A stretch of 64,000 bases of DNA from positions 1 to 64,000 of IMG/VR virus record IMGVR_UViG_3300017700_000931; one strand, given 5' to 3'. The notes below the pieces were generated by a model, which was not told the origin of the DNA, ran no database searches, and was given only the letters and a program-made list of their open reading frames with translations. The translations under genes were made by a program, and so were the position numbers. Within the stretch, counting starts at the first letter, position 1; each line of letters begins with the position of its first letter. The stretch is from a virus (lineage: Duplodnaviria; Caudoviricetes). Positions 44,497 through 55,081 of the stretch are shown here, one piece after another.

Positions 44497-45887
44497 ACTA
44501 ATGTTTTTACCATGTGTTCGATTTCCTTAGCTGATTCTAATGAATCACAAGTGTTTTTATCCGTCCTTAATTCCACTACGGATGGATGTAAAGTAGACCA
44601 ATTACCATCTGAATCTTGGGATAATCCGCAACATCTTATTTCTACAACGCTACCCATTAATTTTTCTTGATTTTCGGTAACGTACTTCATCATTTCTTCG
44701 TTCATACCTGATGGATTTGTTTTTAACAAACCACAAGATGACTCAGTTCTAATTGTTGAAATAACATTTTCATTCTTGGTGCCCTTAGTTCCATAATTAA
44801 AACCAACGATTTTTAAATCAATAGACATTTCAAGTTTCATTTTTACTTGCCAGTTGGGTTTGCCATCTTTCCAAGCTCCATCATGCGCCTTAAGAATAGT
44901 TCCTTCGAGACCTTTAGCTAATGCTGTTTGAAAATGGGCCATCGCATCTGAATAAGATTCACATAGAACATTTTCTACCACACATACCTTGTTGTTTTCA
45001 TTTTGATTACCAAATAAAACACCCTCTAAATTTTTAAGTCTTTCATGATATGGTACTGATGTTTTTTTATTAAAATACTCATCAGTTGTAATCATATCCC
45101 AAACTGTAAACCGGATACCATTTATTGCATCAATATAAGGACCATGTTTTTTATCGAACGCACTTATTTTTTTAAGTGTTTCTACTTCACCTCTTTCTTC
45201 ACGCTTACCTTCGATATCTACGATTGATGCAACCATACCATTCGCAGTATATCTGTCGTATCCATCAATAGTTAATTCACCATTCAAAACAACGTCATTC
45301 AATAATTCCAATTCTTTTAAAAATGGTGCATTACCAACGAATGTTGTTTCACTTTGTCTTGAAACCAATTCAACTTCACCACCACGAATAATCGCATTAC
45401 AATAACGACCATCCATTTTTATTTGTGAAAAGGCTTTTTTACTTTTGTTGAAAATATCTTTAGCCAATTTTTCTGAAAATGATTTAGCTCCCATGTATGG
45501 TGTTTCTTCAATCAAATTAGGGATGACTTTATTTATCCCAGAGTCCATACCAATTTTCAAGTCTTTTTGAATGATACGTTCAATAACATAAGCATCATCT
45601 GATAATACTGATGAAAGAATATCTCTTAAATATTCAATAGCATCATTACCAGTGACTTCTCGATTGATTAATTTATCAAGTTTTTTCAATGCTTCATCAA
45701 GAGTTAAAGATGAATTACCATCCTTTGTGTATTCTGGAATTTGCTTAATATAAAACTTAATGCGTTTTGAATCGGCCAGATAAAGAACTCGTTTTAATAA
45801 TTCATTATCCTTGTATTTACCAAGAATCGCTAATTTAGCAAGCTTACCATTATCAGCCGCAATTTCATCTAAAATTTGTTTAATCAT
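44493..45887 (-). CDS. ATP-dependent DNA ligase
   Basis: KMDGRY, NGEL, EGTILK, KMKLE, OB domain. Confidence 0.92.
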   Translation of the reverse strand: MIKQILDEIAADNGKLAKLAILGKYKDNELLKRVLYLADSKRIKFYIKQIPEYTKDGNSSLTLDEALKKLDKLINREVTGNDAIEYLRDILSSVLSDDAYVIERIIQKDLKIGMDSGINKVIPNLIEETPYMGAKSFSEKLAKDIFNKSKKAFSQIKMDGRYCNAIIRGGEVELVSRQSETTFVGNAPFLKELELLNDVVLNGELTIDGYDRYTANGMVASIVDIEGKREERGEVETLKKISAFDKKHGPYIDAINGIRFTVWDMITTDEYFNKKTSVPYHERLKNLEGVLFGNQNENNKVCVVENVLCESYSDAMAHFQTALAKGLEGTILKAHDGAWKDGKPNWQVKMKLEMSIDLKIVGFNYGTKGTKNENVISTIRTESSCGLLKTNPSGMNEEMMKYVTENQEKLMGSVVEIRCCGLSQDSDGNWSTLHPSVVELRTDKNTCDSLESAKEIEHMVKTLV

Positions 45888-46117
45888 TTTTTTTGTTTTG
45901 GTAATTCATATTTTTCACTAAGCATTTCGATAACCCAATCGATGTTTTTATCGTCTTCACTATCACCAATGTGTAAGTTGGCCTTAATTTCATCCCATGC
46001 TTTATCTTCAAGAGCTTTTTTTTCTTCGGCTTCTTTAAGAGCGGCGGCTTCCATTATTTTTTTATCGGACTCACGCATTTCATGCTCTGCCCGTTCATTT
46101 TTCCAAGTTTCTGACAT
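45884..46117 (-). CDS. hypothetical protein
   Basis: 77-aa ORF. Confidence 0.65.
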   Translation of the reverse strand: MSETWKNERAEHEMRESDKKIMEAAALKEAEEKKALEDKAWDEIKANLHIGDSEDDKNIDWVIEMLSEKYELPKQKK

Positions 46118-46118
46118 A

Positions 46119-46625
46119 TTAAGCTGCTTGTTTTTCTAATTTTAATAATTTTTCAAGGTGGGCCCACATTGGCTTACCTTGTTCTGGTGTGTTTGCAAAT
46201 AAAAACCCACGGAATTGTTCGTATTCTGAAGCATACATATCAACTTTACCACCATGTTCAATGTTTGCAATTCTATCAGCCAATTTAAGAATAATTGAAT
46301 CTGGGTTGGAGGCTGTTTTAGGTAATGTTTTTGCTTTTTTCTCAGCTCTATCTCTACCTAATTCATCAGTCACACAATAAACCATTTCAGCCACAACAAA
46401 TCCAAAATGTCTTTTAACTTTGTTATAAGACAATGGTGTATCCTCAATAATATCGTGCAAGTATCCGGCTACAATGAATTTACCAGAGAAACCAAAACGT
46501 TTCAATACATCAACAACATCATCTAAGTGTTTTTTATAAGGAAAAATTCCATCATAATCTTGGTTTCCATGGGCTTTAATGGAAACCATTCTAGCCTCTC
46601 GGTATATTTTATCAGAGTATTCCAT
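46119..46625 (-). CDS. HD-domain (p)ppGpp hydrolase-like protein
   Basis: H-NQ...PY..H...LHDIIED...KLADRIAN. Confidence 0.85.
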   Translation of the reverse strand: MEYSDKIYREARMVSIKAHGNQDYDGIFPYKKHLDDVVDVLKRFGFSGKFIVAGYLHDIIEDTPLSYNKVKRHFGFVVAEMVYCVTDELGRDRAEKKAKTLPKTASNPDSIILKLADRIANIEHGGKVDMYASEYEQFRGFLFANTPEQGKPMWAHLEKLLKLEKQAA

Positions 46626-46684
46626 AAAAATTTGTTTAATGCAAATTTACACATAATATTCCAGTAAAACAAATTTTTATAAGA

Positions 46685-47209
46685 TTATTTAGTACGCTTT
46701 GATTTTTTACCATTCCACTCATCCTTTATTGCTAACCAAGGGAATAATTTATAAAATTTTGACCAGACTCTTTTAGACCTTTTTTTACTTGGATATCGAA
46801 TAGAATTACCACTACTTCCGCCACTGCCAACTTTAACATCTTTGTTATCCCGACCCTCTTTTATTGGAGTCTTTGACATTTCAATTTCTTGTAAATTTTT
46901 TTTCCTTCTTATTTCATACCATTTAGAAAGTACGTCATCACGCTTTAAGCCTAATTCTATTGATATGATTATTATTTGAATTGGTGCCCTAAGCCATCCA
47001 TTTTTTAAGTACTGAGTGGGTTCATAAGGGGCTGTTAAACAATCATAAGCAGAGATACCCATAGCAATTGCTATTTGGGCCTCTTGAAGTGTTTTATCAT
47101 AATCAAACATTAGTTCTAATCCATGAGCTTCATGCATTAAAAATTCCATTCTACGATGCATTTGTCTTCTATCTCTAGCCATGATTATTCCACATCCGGT
47201 TTTAACCAA
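46685..47209 (-). CDS. hypothetical protein
   Basis: ORF; start uncertain. Confidence 0.65.
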   Translation of the reverse strand: MVKTGCGIIMARDRRQMHRRMEFLMHEAHGLELMFDYDKTLQEAQIAIAMGISAYDCLTAPYEPTQYLKNGWLRAPIQIIIISIELGLKRDDVLSKWYEIRRKKNLQEIEMSKTPIKEGRDNKDVKVGSGGSSGNSIRYPSKKRSKRVWSKFYKLFPWLAIKDEWNGKKSKRTK

Positions 47210-47379
47210 TGTGTTACGATTTGATTAGTGCAACCCCAATGAGGTTTACCATTGGTTAAATGAAAATTAACGTGTATGATTCCAATATCACCCATCATTC
47301 TTTTAGTAAAGACAATATACTTACCATCTTTTTTTGGTAACTCACTAACGGGTGTTTTTGTAAAGTTTTCTCCTAACAT
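47185..47379 (-). CDS. hypothetical protein
   Basis: 64-aa ORF. Confidence 0.55.
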   Translation of the reverse strand: MLGENFTKTPVSELPKKDGKYIVFTKRMMGDIGIIHVNFHLTNGKPHWGCTNQIVTHWLKPDVE

Positions 47380-47409
47380 AATTCAAATGTAAAAATGCTC
47401 TAGGTTAAC

Positions 47410-48537
47410 CTAGAGCATTTTGTATAATAATTTATTATCATAACCGGACATGAATTCTCTTACTGTAGAAACCTTATTATCCTTAAGAGAAAAATACATA
47501 CCAGTGAAAGGTTTTAAGTCTAATTTATTAGCGACCTCGAAAACTGCCATGGCATATTTTTTTTGTTCTGCTGGTGTAATATTTTTAGGTTTTCTAAGTT
47601 TTAATTCTTCCCACCCAGCTTCCAATCTTGAAAGTAGAGCAACATAATTAGTGCTCAATTTTTCAATCTCTTCTTTTCGTTCTGGAAAAGTAGCAACGAA
47701 CTCTTCAATTTCATTTGTCTTAACAACATCCATAATTGCATGCTCAGATGTTTTAGATTTCAAATGGTGCACAGCTACATATGCTGGGTTCTTAACCTTA
47801 ATTCGGTTAAAATTACCATCAACAACAACATAACCCTCTTCGTGCCAAATCATGTTTTCAAATGTTCGCAACAAAGCACCAACATTACCATGGTTAAGGT
47901 CGTATGACTTAACTACTGGCACATTCAGGAATTCTTCAGCTTTATTTTTTAAAACACCGTATGGTAATTCTTGCAATGAAAGTCTATTTCTCATCGCCAA
48001 TAAAGTAGCTGAAGACTCACCATGTGGTTTTACCACAATGTTGTATGGTGTTGTTAATTCAAAAACATAAATGAAGTCTTTTTCTAAAAACTTTGAATCT
48101 GGAGTTAATGAATATTTATCCTTAAGCGTACCCCAAAATAATTCGCTAAAAGTAGTACCCATTTTATTGTTTACTTCACCTTCACCTTCGGCAGTACCAG
48201 TAGTACCAGCGAACCATTTGTTGTTATTCCAATCCCAATAAACTTGAATCATGGAACCATCCATTTTTTCTAAAACATGAGCAGTATCCCAGTCAATTTT
48301 TGCTGCGTGACCTTCTCCGCTATTGAAGAATTTGAAAAACGGTAAGGACATAACTTTCCAAGTACCTTTTTCTAGAATTAATCCTCTAGCTTCTTGAACA
48401 ATAGGCTCACCCATTGAAGACTCAATTTGGTCATATTTAATAAGGACCTTATTTTCATAATCTCTAGACTTAAGGGCAAAATCCTTAAGTGTTTTTTCAA
48501 GACCATGTAATTTTATATATTCAACAATTTTTAACAT
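47410..48537 (-). CDS. RNA ligase, Rnl1 (T4 RnlA) family
   Basis: EARGLIL, FFKFFN, EKMDGS, FEL, EGYVV, KVKNPAY. Confidence 0.88.
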   Translation of the reverse strand: MLKIVEYIKLHGLEKTLKDFALKSRDYENKVLIKYDQIESSMGEPIVQEARGLILEKGTWKVMSLPFFKFFNSGEGHAAKIDWDTAHVLEKMDGSMIQVYWDWNNNKWFAGTTGTAEGEGEVNNKMGTTFSELFWGTLKDKYSLTPDSKFLEKDFIYVFELTTPYNIVVKPHGESSATLLAMRNRLSLQELPYGVLKNKAEEFLNVPVVKSYDLNHGNVGALLRTFENMIWHEEGYVVVDGNFNRIKVKNPAYVAVHHLKSKTSEHAIMDVVKTNEIEEFVATFPERKEEIEKLSTNYVALLSRLEAGWEELKLRKPKNITPAEQKKYAMAVFEVANKLDLKPFTGMYFSLKDNKVSTVREFMSGYDNKLLYKML

Positions 48538-48541
48538 TTTA

Positions 48542-49108
48542 TCAATTTTTTAATTCTTTAATACGAATTTTAATATCATGAGGAGCTGTTTCATCACCAC
48601 CAAAATAAGGGTACAGAATATAATTCATACCTCTATCATATTTGTTGGTTCTATCCATTGAAATAACCACATTATCGACTGTGAAAACGTATGAATCCGG
48701 TTCAACTAGAATAGAATATGTATGCGTTTCATTAAAACCAACTGAAGTAATGTATTCATTCGACATTACCTCGTTATTATAAACGTAAGCATAAATTTCA
48801 ATAATATTATCGGTTGTGGACCATCTCCAGCCAAATCTGGCTGAATTCTTTTGGTGGTGTTGGTTATTGTCAGCAAAACCATACAATTTATTAATCGCAT
48901 ACTGGTTTTCTGGCAAAACACTTTCGTATTTAGCAGACTCATCAAATATTGCCTCAAATACCAATTCATTTGAAGACATCGTATTGAAGCTATTTGTAGA
49001 CTTATGGTTCCCTTCTTTTATTGTGTAAATTTTAAAACCATTCGCATCCTCTTTCTTACAACTATTGAGTGTAAGAATAACAATAATAAAATAGATTAAA
49101 TTTTTCAT
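48542..49108 (-). CDS. lipoprotein, beta-rich
   Basis: signal peptide with LNSC lipobox. Confidence 0.7.
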   Translation of the reverse strand: MKNLIYFIIVILTLNSCKKEDANGFKIYTIKEGNHKSTNSFNTMSSNELVFEAIFDESAKYESVLPENQYAINKLYGFADNNQHHQKNSARFGWRWSTTDNIIEIYAYVYNNEVMSNEYITSVGFNETHTYSILVEPDSYVFTVDNVVISMDRTNKYDRGMNYILYPYFGGDETAPHDIKIRIKELKN

Positions 49109-49177
49109 AACACAATCTTTTAATTGCTCAAAGATAAGCATTATTTTTTAATCTACCAAATTTAAAGTTGATTTTAA

Positions 49178-49576
49178 TTACAGGTCATCGTCGTCATCAT
49201 CGTTATCCCCCATTAATCCAAGGATACCATTGATGTCATCAAGATTTTCACTAGTCATACCATTCATACCACTCAAGCCATCGAATTTAGCCATCATGTT
49301 ACTACGTATGAGTCCACCGATTGGGGATTTCATCAAATCGTCCAGAATGTTTTTAGCTGTTAACATCGAACAGACATTATTGAATTCACCCATATCCTTA
49401 GAATTGAGTATTAAACCACCCAATAGGATTAATGTATTACCAACGGATAAAACGCAATAATCATCATTATTTTTACCCTCAATGAGTAAGCTCTTCCCCA
49501 TTTTAATTAGTTTAGCACTAATAACCATTCTACGTGCTTGATTTTCTGGGGATTCTATGAAGTCTTTTTTATCCAT
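49178..49576 (-). CDS. hypothetical protein
   Basis: 132-aa ORF, acidic tail. Confidence 0.7.
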   Translation of the reverse strand: MDKKDFIESPENQARRMVISAKLIKMGKSLLIEGKNNDDYCVLSVGNTLILLGGLILNSKDMGEFNNVCSMLTAKNILDDLMKSPIGGLIRSNMMAKFDGLSGMNGMTSENLDDINGILGLMGDNDDDDDDL

Positions 49577-49638
49577 GATAATTTTTTTATTTTAAGTATT
49601 CTACGAAGTTATCGAAAATTTTTTTAATTTATTGGTTT

Positions 49639-50034
49639 TTATGCAAACATTTTGAATTTAATTCCTAAATCATTTAGAGATTCACCAACAAGGGAATTAT
49701 ATCTACCAAAAGACCCAGACATAATTTCAGCAAAATGTGTCCATTTAACAACATGTGGCTCATCTGTTTGTATAGTGCCAGCCCAATCCTTAACCAAGTA
49801 TGTATAACCCATATAACCATCTTTATGAATGGCAAAAACCAATTCCATAGTCTTAGTATCAATACTTAATCCGGTTTCTTCATAAACTTCTCTACTCAAA
49901 GCATTTTCCATCGAATCATCCTCTGGGTCCACTTTGCCACCAGCAAGGCCGAAATCATTGTGGTCAGTTTTTCTAGAAACTGCTAAAACTTCACCCTTAT
50001 CATTTAAGATGATTGCTTGTACGGTATATTTCAT
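49639..50034 (-). CDS. NUDIX hydrolase
   Basis: GGKVD...ALSREVYEETG. Confidence 0.92.
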   Translation of the reverse strand: MKYTVQAIILNDKGEVLAVSRKTDHNDFGLAGGKVDPEDDSMENALSREVYEETGLSIDTKTMELVFAIHKDGYMGYTYLVKDWAGTIQTDEPHVVKWTHFAEIMSGSFGRYNSLVGESLNDLGIKFKMFA

Positions 50035-51029
50035 TCTGCTAAATTTGAATTACTGAATTGGTTCATACCTGTTACTTCCATGATTAGAACTTCTTTTAAC
50101 CAATCAGGAAGATTTAATTCATAGGTTTCGGATGGAAGCTCAATTTCCGCAATTACAAGTCTTAAACCATGACCAACAATGTCAGACCTAGTTCCCATCA
50201 AATCAACTTCCCATTTTAGTCCACCATCAATGTTTTTAATGAATCTACTTTTTCGAAGAGAACGTTTTTCTTTCACTGATAATGTAACATAGTCCTCCCT
50301 AGTTATTTCAATCTCATCTTCTTCGTTAGACATATGAGATATTCTATTTTTAGTTGTTTGAGTATATTCAATATCTGTAGGTAAATCTCTTTGAGTTTTT
50401 CTTATTCTTTCAACCACTGGAGCACCCTTTTCCGATAAATAAATTTGATGAATTGATAATTCATCATCCCACTTAACATTTGGTAATCGTTTAAGTAAAA
50501 ATCTCCTTTCGATTTCAATATTTATTGGTTTTTTCGGTTCCGGCTGGCTTTTCAATTCAGTCCTTAATTCCATCCACATATTACCTAATATGTTAGCTCC
50601 TTCCCAAGTACCATCTGGTAGCTTCATTGCACCCCAAAAAAGATTACTGTTTTTTGCTCCACGAGCAGTAACATCTTCGTAAATTGGTATCTCTCCAGAA
50701 CCAAGTAATATTTCTTTAAGTTCAGAATGTTGTTCAATTTTAAGCTTAATACAAAGCCTCATATTGGCTAAATCTTCTTCAGAAGTTGGGACTACTGACA
50801 TCCAATCACGATTTGCTTTTGCAACTAACTTAGCAGTAAAACCATTACTTGCTAATCTAATTTCTTCACGTATTGGGGAATTCTCAGGGAATCGCATTGC
50901 TTGAAATAATGCTTCAGTACTTTTCCACTCTATTCCATCATGAATGATTCTAAAATTTGACATATTACCCATCCAACCGAATGGTAAATTTGATTTTGTA
51001 AAGGCGATTTCTGTTATCTGATTATTCAT
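50031..51029 (-). CDS. NADAR-CYTH fusion protein
   Basis: STEALFQAMRF, FWG, GANILG..WMELR; then EIERRFL, WEVD, AEIE. Confidence 0.85.
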   Translation of the reverse strand: MNNQITEIAFTKSNLPFGWMGNMSNFRIIHDGIEWKSTEALFQAMRFPENSPIREEIRLASNGFTAKLVAKANRDWMSVVPTSEEDLANMRLCIKLKIEQHSELKEILLGSGEIPIYEDVTARGAKNSNLFWGAMKLPDGTWEGANILGNMWMELRTELKSQPEPKKPINIEIERRFLLKRLPNVKWDDELSIHQIYLSEKGAPVVERIRKTQRDLPTDIEYTQTTKNRISHMSNEEDEIEITREDYVTLSVKEKRSLRKSRFIKNIDGGLKWEVDLMGTRSDIVGHGLRLVIAEIELPSETYELNLPDWLKEVLIMEVTGMNQFSNSNLAE

Positions 51030-51340
51030 GATTCAATTATTTTTCGATATTTGGCAGTCATTACATTTAATAAATGAGTTTCAACACTCAAAGGAAATTT
51101 TTTATTCTTAACTAATCTTTTTGATTCAGTAATAAATAAATTACCAAAATATTTTAAATGAACACTTGATTTCATTAATCTCAAAGCATTCAATTTTTGG
51201 TCATACTTACAGAATATTGTATTAACTTCATGTATGTGTGCCGGATATTCTTTATTCAATATTTCAGCCAATTTTATTCCAGCTACCATATCGGTACCAC
51301 ACCAAGTAGTATGGTCAGCTATGTAAATTCTGTTTTTCAT
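51026..51340 (-). CDS. hypothetical protein
   Basis: 104-aa ORF. Confidence 0.65.
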   Translation of the reverse strand: MKNRIYIADHTTWCGTDMVAGIKLAEILNKEYPAHIHEVNTIFCKYDQKLNALRLMKSSVHLKYFGNLFITESKRLVKNKKFPLSVETHLLNVMTAKYRKIIES

Positions 51341-51343
51341 ATT

Positions 51344-51790
51344 TTATTTTGCTAAGCTCCTTACCGCAACTAACAATTCAGTCATTGAATGTACTTGTCT
51401 GACACCATACCTTGTAGCTACAATATCTACATTACCTTTTCTCCAAAAACCCTCTGGACAATACAATATCATCTTACCGCTGGCAGCATAAAGACCAAGC
51501 TCTAATAATGAAATAGGACTTTTTGTGTTCTCATCAAAATACATGAGAATAATATCAGATTTATCAAGATGGTCCAATTCCCATTCTACTTGTTCTCTGA
51601 ATTGTGGGTTATGAATAGATTGTTCCCAAGAACTATCCCAATTGTCTCTACGTGGATTAAAAATTATAACATTATAATCCTTTAGTTCTTCTTCAATTTT
51701 AGATTGCCAGTCTTCAGCAACACCCATTTCAATTGACCCAGCTAAAAATATGGATATTTTTCTAAACGGTGGTTTAATTACTTCTGCCAT
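51344..51790 (-). CDS. nucleoside 2-deoxyribosyltransferase-like protein
   Basis: IFLAGSI...WQ...FNPRR...QVEWE...SPISLLELG. Confidence 0.85.
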   Translation of the reverse strand: MAEVIKPPFRKISIFLAGSIEMGVAEDWQSKIEEELKDYNVIIFNPRRDNWDSSWEQSIHNPQFREQVEWELDHLDKSDIILMYFDENTKSPISLLELGLYAASGKMILYCPEGFWRKGNVDIVATRYGVRQVHSMTELLVAVRSLAK

Positions 51791-52227
51791 TATTTTAATT
51801 TATTTGAATCAAATTCATCATAAACTAACTTAGTTTTACTTTCTTGAATTTTACCATTCTGAACATAATAACGAGAAGGTGGGTCACCAAATCCTTGGTC
51901 CCAAGTAATATCTAATTGAAATAAAGCCGTTGGGTGTGATTTCGAAAAAATAATTAAATCTTCTTTTATATTACCACTTCCGGTTTCATTAACCCCACCT
52001 GAATTATTTATTAAATAATCTGCTGATGCACTCTCTGCTCTAAATAATTTAATAATATCTTTGACTTCAACTTCTTGCGATGATTTTCCTAACATATTAC
52101 CACACTTAGAACAATAAACTGCGTCTAATGGATAATGTGTCATGCAATTTCTACACTGCATGGATGGTTCGCTAGATAAAATTGATGGTTTTAAAACCAT
52201 CAATTTATGTTTATTATGGTAACTCAT
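51790..52227 (-). CDS. hypothetical Zn-ribbon protein
   Basis: CRNC...CSKCG. Confidence 0.7.
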   Translation of the reverse strand: MSYHNKHKLMVLKPSILSSEPSMQCRNCMTHYPLDAVYCSKCGNMLGKSSQEVEVKDIIKLFRAESASADYLINNSGGVNETGSGNIKEDLIIFSKSHPTALFQLDITWDQGFGDPPSRYYVQNGKIQESKTKLVYDEFDSNKLK

Positions 52228-53138
52228 TATTTCGTTTTTATTTCTGTAACAATTCCACTTAAATTAATATGAGAATTTAGTTTTACCCAATTAACAATGT
52301 CATTTGACATGACTGGTTTACCACCATCAGCAACATTTACTGCTAATGTAATGTGTGGTATTGCATTAGTACTTGGGTATCCAATCACTTTAACAGCAAT
52401 TACCTTATCAGTCATACCAATTTCAGTAGCCATTAAATTAACTTTCTTACCATTATCTTCCTTCATTTCGTCTGGAAGACCCTTTCCAAATATAATTGTC
52501 ATGTGGTGAGCAATTGGCTCCCAATCTTTAGGTATTTTATTAGCTAAAGCAGTGAATAATTTGCTTCTGGAAGCATCATCTAAAACAACCGCAGAAAATA
52601 AAATCTTAGGTTTATTTTTGAACATAGGTTTTGCTTTAATCACCTTTTCAAGTGTTAAAGGACCAATAGAATTCATTGACTCAATCATCATTTCAATCTT
52701 ATCTAATGGAACACCATGGGTATTTCTTTCAGCTAATTCCTCAGCCAATAATCCGGCAGTACCGACCTCAACAAATTCAATGTTTTCATCAGCATAACCA
52801 AGCTTTAAAGCAAACTCAACCAAATCTTTTGGCTCATTGGCTTTAATATTTGTGTTATCAATAATAACTGGGGAAATATCAGCTACCATAGAAGCCTTAG
52901 CGTTTTTATTGTTTTCGCTATGTACTTTATGTAGTGGTGAAAAATCTTTGGCTTCAATCATATCAGCAAAAAACTTATTGTAGTCATGTTTTGACTCAAT
53001 AATATCATCCGCTGAATGAATCACACCATTTTTAACAAGCCTTTTAGCTGCGGTAGATTTTCCAGAACCCGGAATACCACGCATAATAACCAACACATTG
53101 TTTGGTTTAGTAACTTCTATACCTAATGAATTTTTCAT
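52227..53138 (-). CDS. P-loop kinase fused to 2H cyclic phosphodiesterase
   Basis: RGIPGSGKST, IIDNTN, RNTHGVP; HHMTI and PHITL. Confidence 0.85.
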   Translation of the reverse strand: MKNSLGIEVTKPNNVLVIMRGIPGSGKSTAAKRLVKNGVIHSADDIIESKHDYNKFFADMIEAKDFSPLHKVHSENNKNAKASMVADISPVIIDNTNIKANEPKDLVEFALKLGYADENIEFVEVGTAGLLAEELAERNTHGVPLDKIEMMIESMNSIGPLTLEKVIKAKPMFKNKPKILFSAVVLDDASRSKLFTALANKIPKDWEPIAHHMTIIFGKGLPDEMKEDNGKKVNLMATEIGMTDKVIAVKVIGYPSTNAIPHITLAVNVADGGKPVMSNDIVNWVKLNSHINLSGIVTEIKTK

Positions 53139-53140
53139 GA

Positions 53141-53350
53141 TTAACAAGAACCAAATTTATAAGACATGAACATACCATCACTATCACTCCAATTGAAGCC
53201 CAAATCATCCAGTCTTTTTATATCTTCTGGAGAAATACCATCCTTCGTGATTTCTTGATTGATATACATTACTTCATGTTCGCAATGTGTTGGGCAGTCA
53301 ATGTCTTTATATTTTTGAAATATTTGTAACGCTTCAATTAATTCTTTCAT
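53141..53350 (-). CDS. hypothetical protein
   Basis: 69-aa ORF. Confidence 0.65.
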   Translation of the reverse strand: MKELIEALQIFQKYKDIDCPTHCEHEVMYINQEITKDGISPEDIKRLDDLGFNWSDSDGMFMSYKFGSC

Positions 53351-53390
53351 GAAGCAAAGATAGGAATAATTATTTAATTCACCAAATTTT

Positions 53391-54014
53391 TTAGTAAGTA
53401 AATTCGTCTAACATGATATATGGTTTATCCATAGCATTTAAAGCAATCTCAACTTCTTTAAGACACTCATGGATATGTCCCCCACATAATACTATATTTG
53501 AATAATTTGACATTTCATCCATTAAATCTGGAATGTGTAATGCATCGTCAGAAAATTCAACTAACGCTCTAATATCTTCATCACCATACTTATCAATGAA
53601 ACCATCCCAAAATTCTTCACCGAGGTCCCTAGAATCATTAACACCCTCAGCAATCATATATTTCACCAAATTAACGATTTTATCTTCGTCAATACCTTGG
53701 TCCATACAATACCTGAAGAAAGCATAACCCTTATCGTAATAGTGTGCATTAAAAGCTATATCTTCATCTAACCCTTGTTCGTACCACCAATTTTTATAAT
53801 CGTTCTCAGATATCATTCCTAATGTATCCGCACCATTATAAAGAAATGTTACCCTAGAAAGGAGTGGCATATTTTCATTGATAACATCAGCTAATTGAGA
53901 AGCCATTCTACCAAAACCACTTTGATATTCTGGTTGGATGTCAACGACTACTAAGTGCTTACCCGTAAGGTCCTCATTTAATACTTGTTCTAATATTGGT
54001 AATAATTTAATCAT
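53391..54014 (-). CDS. hypothetical protein, cysteine-hydrolase-like
   Basis: LVVVDIQP...VLCGG..HECL. Confidence 0.6.
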   Translation of the reverse strand: MIKLLPILEQVLNEDLTGKHLVVVDIQPEYQSGFGRMASQLADVINENMPLLSRVTFLYNGADTLGMISENDYKNWWYEQGLDEDIAFNAHYYDKGYAFFRYCMDQGIDEDKIVNLVKYMIAEGVNDSRDLGEEFWDGFIDKYGDEDIRALVEFSDDALHIPDLMDEMSNYSNIVLCGGHIHECLKEVEIALNAMDKPYIMLDEFTY

Positions 54015-54889
54015 GAATAATAAGATTGATATACATCACTAGTTAAACCATAATCTATAATGATGATTCTATCTTGACCATCTCTTTTAACTAATCCAAA
54101 AGTACTAAGTTTTTTTAAATCACCAGCCGGAATGCCATAATTACCAATGTATTGAAATATACCATACATGAATTCATTTTCCCACATATCAGCATAAACT
54201 TCTTTATCAATATGCATTTTAAATGGTTGTTGGCCACGTCTACTATTGACATCTTCACCGTAATTATGTACCGCTGCAACAAATTGTTCAAATGAATAAC
54301 CAGTAACTCTTTTGAAATCACCCTTATTAACTTTTCTAGCTAATTCCATTTCAATCCACAAATCATTTTGGTCATATTCAAATACACGAGCAACAATATC
54401 TTCCAAATCGGAATAATTGCTATAACTAGCTTCAACTTCATTTTGGGCTAACCCTTTTTTATTCTTGGCTAATTTAAGTACCTTTTCATCATCTACTTTA
54501 AAAACAATTCTGGAACTACCGGATGAGATTCTTTGTAAATTTTGTTGACAATACTTGATTCTTTGGTTGAATGATTTTAATGTTTTGAATTCATCAATAT
54601 TAAAATTTGATGGGTACTCTTCATCAACCATCATATTTTCTATGATATTAAAGGTTAATGACTCAGTATTTTGTGTTTCTTCGAGTTTTTTAATGATTCT
54701 CATTTTTAGAGCTGGTTTACCATTAATATGTAAGTCACCCTTATCTTCATCCCAATCAATATCCTTAACAACAACTTTTTTGTTTTTGAATTTACCCATT
54801 AGAATTGTATCACCAACTTCAATTGGTAACTCAATTACTTCCGATAACTTTTGTTTTAGTATTTTTTTTATGATGTCCTTCATAATCAT
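54011..54889 (-). CDS. kinase-like protein with N-terminal KOW-like segment
   Basis: GSSRIVF, VLKLA, IIDYG. Confidence 0.6.
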   Translation of the reverse strand: MIMKDIIKKILKQKLSEVIELPIEVGDTILMGKFKNKKVVVKDIDWDEDKGDLHINGKPALKMRIIKKLEETQNTESLTFNIIENMMVDEEYPSNFNIDEFKTLKSFNQRIKYCQQNLQRISSGSSRIVFKVDDEKVLKLAKNKKGLAQNEVEASYSNYSDLEDIVARVFEYDQNDLWIEMELARKVNKGDFKRVTGYSFEQFVAAVHNYGEDVNSRRGQQPFKMHIDKEVYADMWENEFMYGIFQYIGNYGIPAGDLKKLSTFGLVKRDGQDRIIIIDYGLTSDVYQSYYS

Positions 54890-54932
54890 AAATATTTGCT
54901 AGTTATGAAAAGACGTATTGGTAATTTTATTG

Positions 54933-55019
54933 CGGAAGAAGTAGGTCTCGAACCCAATGCGATTTTCACGCACCAATGGATTAGCAATCCACGCTCACAC
55001 CCCGATGAGTCCATCTTCC
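54933..55019 (-). tRNA. tRNA-Ser(GCU)
   Basis: GUGGA UU-GCU-AA UCCAU; G73. Confidence 0.82.
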
Positions 55020-55081
55020 ATTTATAACCACTATTATAATAGGTGGTTAGTCTTTTTATGACTAACCGAATATTTATTAGT

